From positions 62,001 through 126,000 of the IMG/VR virus record IMGVR_UViG_3300025121_000011: a stretch of DNA of 64,000 bases, one strand, 5' to 3'. This document shows, one piece after another, positions 58,382-64,000 of the stretch (the stretch's first letter is position 1; the number at the start of each line of letters is the position of its first letter). Made by a program: the position numbers and the translations under genes. Below the pieces are notes generated by a model that saw nothing but the letters and a program-made list of their open reading frames with translations, searched no databases and was not told the origin of the DNA.

Positions 58382-61300
58382 TGGCTAAATCAAATTATCC
58401 GGCATCATTGGATACTTCTAAAGAGATCCCAGCCGTAAGAGACAATATTTTAGAGATAGGTTCAGAGGCTATTAATGGCTTACGTACTGCTATTTTTAAT
58501 ATTGAAAAAACTCTTGGAATAAATCCTCATGGAATTGTAGGAAATACTGTATCTAATCGGATTAATATTTCATTGGATGGTAATGGAAATATTAGAAAAG
58601 ATGCTTTAACTTTAGCAAACGTGTTATCTGGTCCAATTACGGATGCTGATGTTTCAAATGTTGCTGCAATTTCTGAAGATAAATTACGACTAGCATTTCC
58701 AACACAAGTTTTACAAGATGAGATTTCTATTGTAAATAGTGAATTATCATCTATAATTGCAGAAATTGTAGCACTATCTACATCTTTAGCTGCTCATTTG
58801 CATAGTGCTGCAATTAATCGTCATAAAGCTGCTGCTATCTCAACTGCCCCCATTACTGCTATAGGTTCTGATACATCGATAATCAATATTGAGGCTGATG
58901 ATGTTCAGGAAGCATTTGAAGATCTTCATAATAGACATATAAATTATACAGGTTCTGGTATTTCTTCAACAAATAATTCACATCAGGCTTATCAAATATA
59001 TTTTGATGATGATGATGTTAATGGACTATTAACAGCGGATGATGTACAAGAAGCTATTGAAAAAACAATTTTATTAACAGATTTACAGACTATAGCCCAT
59101 CAAGGGTTTATGCATACAAATGGATATTTACGAAAAGGATATATTACAGATCCAACAAGTTCATTACTTGGATTAATTTTAGCAGAACAGATATCAGCAA
59201 CATTTTCCACTTCATCTGGAGATTCTGATGGTTTAACTTTAATTACTCCAAATACACCAATTACTTTAAGTGGATTTGATCTTAAGATTGGTGATTTGGT
59301 TTATATAGAAGATATTATTGATATAGATAATTTGTATACTGGTACGTTCCAAATTGCCAAAATAAACCTTTCAACAGATTTATCTAAAGTGCAAAGTGTA
59401 GAAATATGCGCTCTTTTACATGGTGGAAGCACCTCCACCACGAAGGTAACTATAGCTAAAAATCCTCATAAGACTCAAAATGTTGCTGGGTTATTATTAT
59501 CAGTTAGAGAAAAGGCATTGCTCACTTCTGCTAATGCAATTCAAATTGCAAATCCAAATGCAGTGGCCGTTGTATCATCTGGTGTAAAACCATCAGAAAT
59601 AACTAGTACAAATAAATTAATAACATTAAGTGTAGATGGCGCATCTGATATAATCCTAAACCTTTATGATGCGGGCTCTATACATCAATCAGTAGATTCT
59701 ATTATAAAAAGAATCAATGAACAATGTGTTGAATCAAATTATAATTTTTCTGCTTATCGATTAAATCTAGAGGATGGTGGTGTTGAATTTGTTATAGTAC
59801 ATAATCTTCCTGATACAGAGATAATTAATCATACTTTTAAAGTAGGACAAAGTACTGATAATGGTATCGTTGCAGCAGGATTGGATTATATACAAGATGA
59901 AACTTTCTATTCTGAGATTGGCTCAAAATATTATATTGCTGGAATACCATATACTGGACTTAAGGAGAAGCTAAATACTACAGGCTTATCTTTTTTCTCT
60001 GGGAGTACATCTATTTCTATTGGAAATACATCTGTTAATTTTTTAGAATTAGATATTAAAATTGGAGATATTTTAGTTATATCTAATGCAGTAAATAGTG
60101 GAGATAATGGATCTTTTGTTATTTCAGGCATTTCATCTACATCTATTATTTTGAGTTCAGATCAGCTACCAAGCGGTTTTGTTAATGCATCAACTGATAC
60201 CACTTTATTTGAAATTTATGATAGTATTTTAAATTTAGATACATTAGTATTCGATAAAGTATCAGGGGGTTATGGCACAGCGATCGTCGAAGCATATTTA
60301 GATGAAAATCAGAAAGCTCAGTGGAATAAGAGATTGGAATATTCTGCAAGTATTTCTGGAATAGATGCAATTTTTTCTATTGTTGACTATACTGATACCA
60401 TAATAACAGATGATGAATTATCTATAATTATTGAAATAGAAAATAGTGAAGTGAAAATTTCCTTAGATGGTGGAACTAAAACGAGAATTGAAGGAAATGA
60501 TATATATTTATGGATTCACTCTGGAATTGAAAATAGAAGTTTAAAAATTCATATACCAAGTGCAGCAATTTTAGAAGCATATCTTACTATTAATGGCACA
60601 ACCACAACTACAGTTTATGGATTTAATTCTCTTAATCAAAAATCCTCTTTACTACTTGGAAAAATTCCATATAGTAATTTTAAAGGAAGAGTTACAGGTG
60701 GAGTAGGTACAGATAATTCAAGAATTTTTTCATCAATATCCAAGGGTACAGTAGGTTGGGAAGATCTTCATACGCAGGCGATTGCTAATATTATAGAAAG
60801 ACCAATCTATGAAATGCGAACCGGAGGTATTATTCGCGGACTAGAATTAACTGATTGTACTATATCTAGTGGATTATATTCTATTACAATTGATGCAGGA
60901 GTTTGTTATGTGAGAGGTAAAAGATTTGTTTTAGATACCATCACAATTATAACCGACATACCATCCTCTTCTGTAGATAAATTTTATATCGCTGTTAATT
61001 TAGAAGGAGAAATAGTATTTGCTCCAGCTATCTCCGGAAGTTGTAATAATCCCTTTGCTGAAAGTGACTATGTTTTGATAGCCACCATAGAATATGACAA
61101 CACTACTGTTAGGATTTTAGATCTAAGATTGTTCATAAGTAATTTAGATATGAAATTATTAAATGCAGTGTCTGTTTCTCCCGATCCAAAATTTGGACAT
61201 TTTTCTTCATTTCCAAAAGCCGTTAAATATGTAAAAAGATTTTCAGATTTATTTCCAGCTTCTGGTACTCCATCTGTTCATTTGAAATCTGGAGTTCATG

Positions 61301-62637
61301 AAGTTACTGTCGAAATAGATCATTCAGATATAACTTTGGGTGATTATATGATCAGTTTAATTTTTGATCCTATCACTACTGGAAATGAAATTTATACTGA
61401 AATCTATAATCAAGGAGTAATTATTGACTTCCCTCTTAATATTATTGGAGAAGGGAATAGTTCAGTTCTTAAATTTAGAATAAAAATAATTTGTAGTGAT
61501 ACAACTGTTTATTTACGAGGAATACTTCCAATAGTTGGCGGCGGATTTGCTGTTATAACTGTACCAGTTGATGCTTTAACTAATGGATTTGTTAAATTTT
61601 CAGATTTTAAATTAGAAAATACAAGACTTGAATTAATAGACCTTAATTTAGATGATGGAGCTGGGACTAATTATTCTTTTGGTATAGAATTAGATTCGTT
61701 AATTTTTGATTTTACTAATTTTACAACCAATGCAATTGATAGTTTACTTGGTAGTATGTCGATTATTCTTGGAGAAATTAGTGATACTTCTTCAAATAAA
61801 GGTAATATTAGAATAAATAATTGTAAATTTATAGCATGCAAAGTAAGCGTGGAGGAGACTTCTAGGATTCAAAATTTACAATTCTGTAACAATATAAAAC
61901 TACAAGATTCCGGCGGGGATTTTTTTAACGAAGATATTCTTAGTTTCGCATCAGTTGCAGATGGCGCAAATATTGATATTTATGGAAATTGTATTTCTGA
62001 TAATCATAATGACATGTCTAATGTTAGTGCTCCAGAGTTTTCCAGTGGAGTAAAACTTGGCACAAGATCTGAGGCTAATCAATATATTGGCGGATTTATT
62101 GAATCTAGTGATTATATTAAGGGAGATTCATTTGAATATAATGCATCCAAAGATGCTTATAAATATATTCATGTGGATCAATTATCTGAGATAGCAATGG
62201 GTATTCCGATTCCGGGAATGAGTTTTACAGTTATAAATAATGGCACAAGATTTGTAAAAGTCATCCGAGATAATAATAGTATAACAGATTACTGTATTAT
62301 TCGTCTTCCAGATCTCATGGCTGGTCAGACCATGACACAGATTGAAGTTAGTTTTTATACTTCTGGCGCATCTTTTAGTTCTTATGATTATGAGATATAT
62401 TCTGAGGATTTAAATTTAACACGAACTCTTGAAAGTTCAGGAACTGGTACTGTCGGATTACATGGTGGAGCAGCAACATTGGGTTTTTCTAGAGCATCTG
62501 GATTAAGTATTAGTGGAGCAAATAATAAGTTCTTTTATGTAAAATTTTTACGTACTAGTGTAGTGGATGAGCAATATATTGTAGATATAAGATATAAAGT
62601 AACTATTAGTGATGTCCAATCTATTGGAGGATTTTAA
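58381..62637 (+). CDS. large tail fibre/baseplate-type structural protein
   Basis: SNYPASLD N-terminus, H.A..I and DVQ.A.E repeats, beta-rich body. Confidence 0.65.
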   Translation: MAKSNYPASLDTSKEIPAVRDNILEIGSEAINGLRTAIFNIEKTLGINPHGIVGNTVSNRINISLDGNGNIRKDALTLANVLSGPITDADVSNVAAISEDKLRLAFPTQVLQDEISIVNSELSSIIAEIVALSTSLAAHLHSAAINRHKAAAISTAPITAIGSDTSIINIEADDVQEAFEDLHNRHINYTGSGISSTNNSHQAYQIYFDDDDVNGLLTADDVQEAIEKTILLTDLQTIAHQGFMHTNGYLRKGYITDPTSSLLGLILAEQISATFSTSSGDSDGLTLITPNTPITLSGFDLKIGDLVYIEDIIDIDNLYTGTFQIAKINLSTDLSKVQSVEICALLHGGSTSTTKVTIAKNPHKTQNVAGLLLSVREKALLTSANAIQIANPNAVAVVSSGVKPSEITSTNKLITLSVDGASDIILNLYDAGSIHQSVDSIIKRINEQCVESNYNFSAYRLNLEDGGVEFVIVHNLPDTEIINHTFKVGQSTDNGIVAAGLDYIQDETFYSEIGSKYYIAGIPYTGLKEKLNTTGLSFFSGSTSISIGNTSVNFLELDIKIGDILVISNAVNSGDNGSFVISGISSTSIILSSDQLPSGFVNASTDTTLFEIYDSILNLDTLVFDKVSGGYGTAIVEAYLDENQKAQWNKRLEYSASISGIDAIFSIVDYTDTIITDDELSIIIEIENSEVKISLDGGTKTRIEGNDIYLWIHSGIENRSLKIHIPSAAILEAYLTINGTTTTTVYGFNSLNQKSSLLLGKIPYSNFKGRVTGGVGTDNSRIFSSISKGTVGWEDLHTQAIANIIERPIYEMRTGGIIRGLELTDCTISSGLYSITIDAGVCYVRGKRFVLDTITIITDIPSSSVDKFYIAVNLEGEIVFAPAISGSCNNPFAESDYVLIATIEYDNTTVRILDLRLFISNLDMKLLNAVSVSPDPKFGHFSSFPKAVKYVKRFSDLFPASGTPSVHLKSGVHEVTVEIDHSDITLGDYMISLIFDPITTGNEIYTEIYNQGVIIDFPLNIIGEGNSSVLKFRIKIICSDTTVYLRGILPIVGGGFAVITVPVDALTNGFVKFSDFKLENTRLELIDLNLDDGAGTNYSFGIELDSLIFDFTNFTTNAIDSLLGSMSIILGEISDTSSNKGNIRINNCKFIACKVSVEETSRIQNLQFCNNIKLQDSGGDFFNEDILSFASVADGANIDIYGNCISDNHNDMSNVSAPEFSSGVKLGTRSEANQYIGGFIESSDYIKGDSFEYNASKDAYKYIHVDQLSEIAMGIPIPGMSFTVINNGTRFVKVIRDNNSITDYCIIRLPDLMAGQTMTQIEVSFYTSGASFSSYDYEIYSEDLNLTRTLESSGTGTVGLHGGAATLGFSRASGLSISGANNKFFYVKFLRTSVVDEQYIVDIRYKVTISDVQSIGGF

Positions 62638-62639
62638 TA

Positions 62640-64000
62640 ATGTCTAAATCGAATTATCCTAGCTCTTTGGATACATCTAGGGAAATCCCACCAGTACGTG
62701 ATAATATTACTGAGATTGGTTCTGAGATAATTAACAGTTTACGCTCTGCAATTTTTAATATCGAGCAGACTCTTGGAATCAACCCTCAAGGATCAAGTGG
62801 GAATACTGTTGCTTCTAGAATTAATTCATCCATTGATGAGAGCGGAAATATTCGCAAAGATGCTTTAACTTTAGCAAACGTACTATCGGGACCTATTGTT
62901 GACACTGACGTTTCAAATGTAGCTGCAATTTCTGAAGCAAAACTTAGATTAACCTTTCCTACACAAGTTTTGCAAGATGAAATTTCTATTTTATCTAGTG
63001 AGATTATGACTTTTGCAGATCAAATAGAGGCTTTGAATGCTGTATTTTCAGCACATATATATCCTGGTTCAATTAATCGACATTTAGCTTCTGCTATTAC
63101 TGTAGAAGAAGCCGTTGTATCAGCTAGCGCCACAGCTTTCACTGGTTTAGCTGGAGAAAGTTTGCAGGCTTCATTAGAGTCATTAATAAATGGACATATT
63201 AATTTCGATGGAACTGTATCATCAACTAACACATCACATCGTGCAGACCAGTTATTCTTTGATAAGTCTAATGTTTCAGATGTAGTTTTTCAAGATTCAG
63301 TACAAGGCGCAGTAGAAGATCTTGCAAATTTAGAGGGAGTCGGACTTAGAAATCACGCCTTAAATCTATCTTCTAATGGAAGAATTAGAACAGGCTCCAT
63401 AACTGATGGATATGAAGCTTTAGGATTGGGAGATGTGGTTGTTGCTTCGGCCTCAGTCAGCTTTGTTAGGGAAGGATCCAGAACAAGATTTTCTTTTAAT
63501 TCTGCACAAACACCTCTTAATCTTGTTGAGGTTTTTGATATTCTTAATTTAAGCAATTCTGATACAGATGCTGATAACAAAGGTTATCAAATCGTAGAGA
63601 TAATAACATCTGGTGTGACTATTACTGCTGTAATAGTCTTGGGAACCCCATTGGGAGACTCAACCTCAGGACTATCTGCATCTATTTCAAAAAATCCATA
63701 TGTTGTTTATAATGCAAACGGATTAAATTGTACAGTTCGCCCAAGGGCTGATTATAGTAATACACCAGATGTTGTAATTGCAAACCCGAATTCTGCAACA
63801 ATTATTTCTAATGGAATTATGCCATCTAAAATTACAGTTAATGAGAATGCTTTTGGTTTAGCTATTGATGGTAAAACTGTCGTTCAAATTAGCACATATG
63901 ATAATAATGTTAGTGAACAAACCTTGTCTTCCGTTGTTAATAAAATTAATGAACAATCAGTTGAACAAAATCTAAATTTTTTAGCTTATAAGCTTAAGCA
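62640..64000 (+). CDS. paralog of 58381 tail protein, running off the window end
   Basis: MSKSNYPSSLDTSREIPPVRDNITEIGSE...VEQNLNFLAYKL aligns with 58381; GGAGG SD; absent from the ORF track. Confidence 0.85.
   Translation, partial: MSKSNYPSSLDTSREIPPVRDNITEIGSEIINSLRSAIFNIEQTLGINPQGSSGNTVASRINSSIDESGNIRKDALTLANVLSGPIVDTDVSNVAAISEAKLRLTFPTQVLQDEISILSSEIMTFADQIEALNAVFSAHIYPGSINRHLASAITVEEAVVSASATAFTGLAGESLQASLESLINGHINFDGTVSSTNTSHRADQLFFDKSNVSDVVFQDSVQGAVEDLANLEGVGLRNHALNLSSNGRIRTGSITDGYEALGLGDVVVASASVSFVREGSRTRFSFNSAQTPLNLVEVFDILNLSNSDTDADNKGYQIVEIITSGVTITAVIVLGTPLGDSTSGLSASISKNPYVVYNANGLNCTVRPRADYSNTPDVVIANPNSATIISNGIMPSKITVNENAFGLAIDGKTVVQISTYDNNVSEQTLSSVVNKINEQSVEQNLNFLAYKLK

Noticed and set aside
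995-63580. Short minus-strand and out-of-frame ORFs in the supplied track
   Set aside because: They are shadows of long plus-strand genes with no motifs; only the two kinase genes are accepted on the minus strand
1-64000. Cellular (bacterial) chromosome, suggested by dnaE, groEL, recA, dnaG and purB
   Set aside because: These genes are divergent and co-oriented with terminase, portal, protease, capsid and tail genes, and there are no ribosomal or typical housekeeping operons
1-64000. Stop-codon reassignment, as in some large phages
   Set aside because: Code 11 gives near-complete coding density, and TAG and TGA end genes at sensible boundaries (e.g. ssb, portal, primase)

Overview
AT-rich, densely coded, almost entirely plus-strand segment of a large (jumbo-type) tailed dsDNA phage using the standard genetic code. 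About 1-16.5 kb is a replication/recombination module: HD hydrolase, HNH nuclease, DnaE with two mini-inteins, UvsY-like protein, SSB, RuvC, GroEL, RecA, a primase lacking its zinc-binding domain, and a sigma-region-4 HTH protein. About 16.5-45 kb is a head module: many probable internal head proteins, a CCA-type nucleotidyltransferase, an M15 peptidase, large terminase (1 intein), portal (2 inteins), protease/scaffold, two decoration-like paralogs and the major capsid protein. About 45-52 kb is an accessory island: double HNH, purB, an ART-like protein, two kinase-like paralogs and a VanX-type peptidase. About 52-64 kb holds neck, possible lysis and tail genes. The most notable observation is an ungapped 20-residue helix-turn-helix tag (L-x2-h-A-x2-L-x3-G-x4-A-x2-I/V) found about 11 times, in head proteins and fused to unrelated enzymes. 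It co-occurs with frequent h-x-K/R-x-A/S putative protease sites and a TA(C/T)TAAT(A/T) putative late promoter. Together these suggest a capsid-cargo addressing and processing system that packages effector enzymes. All functional calls come from motifs recognised by eye; no database search was run.
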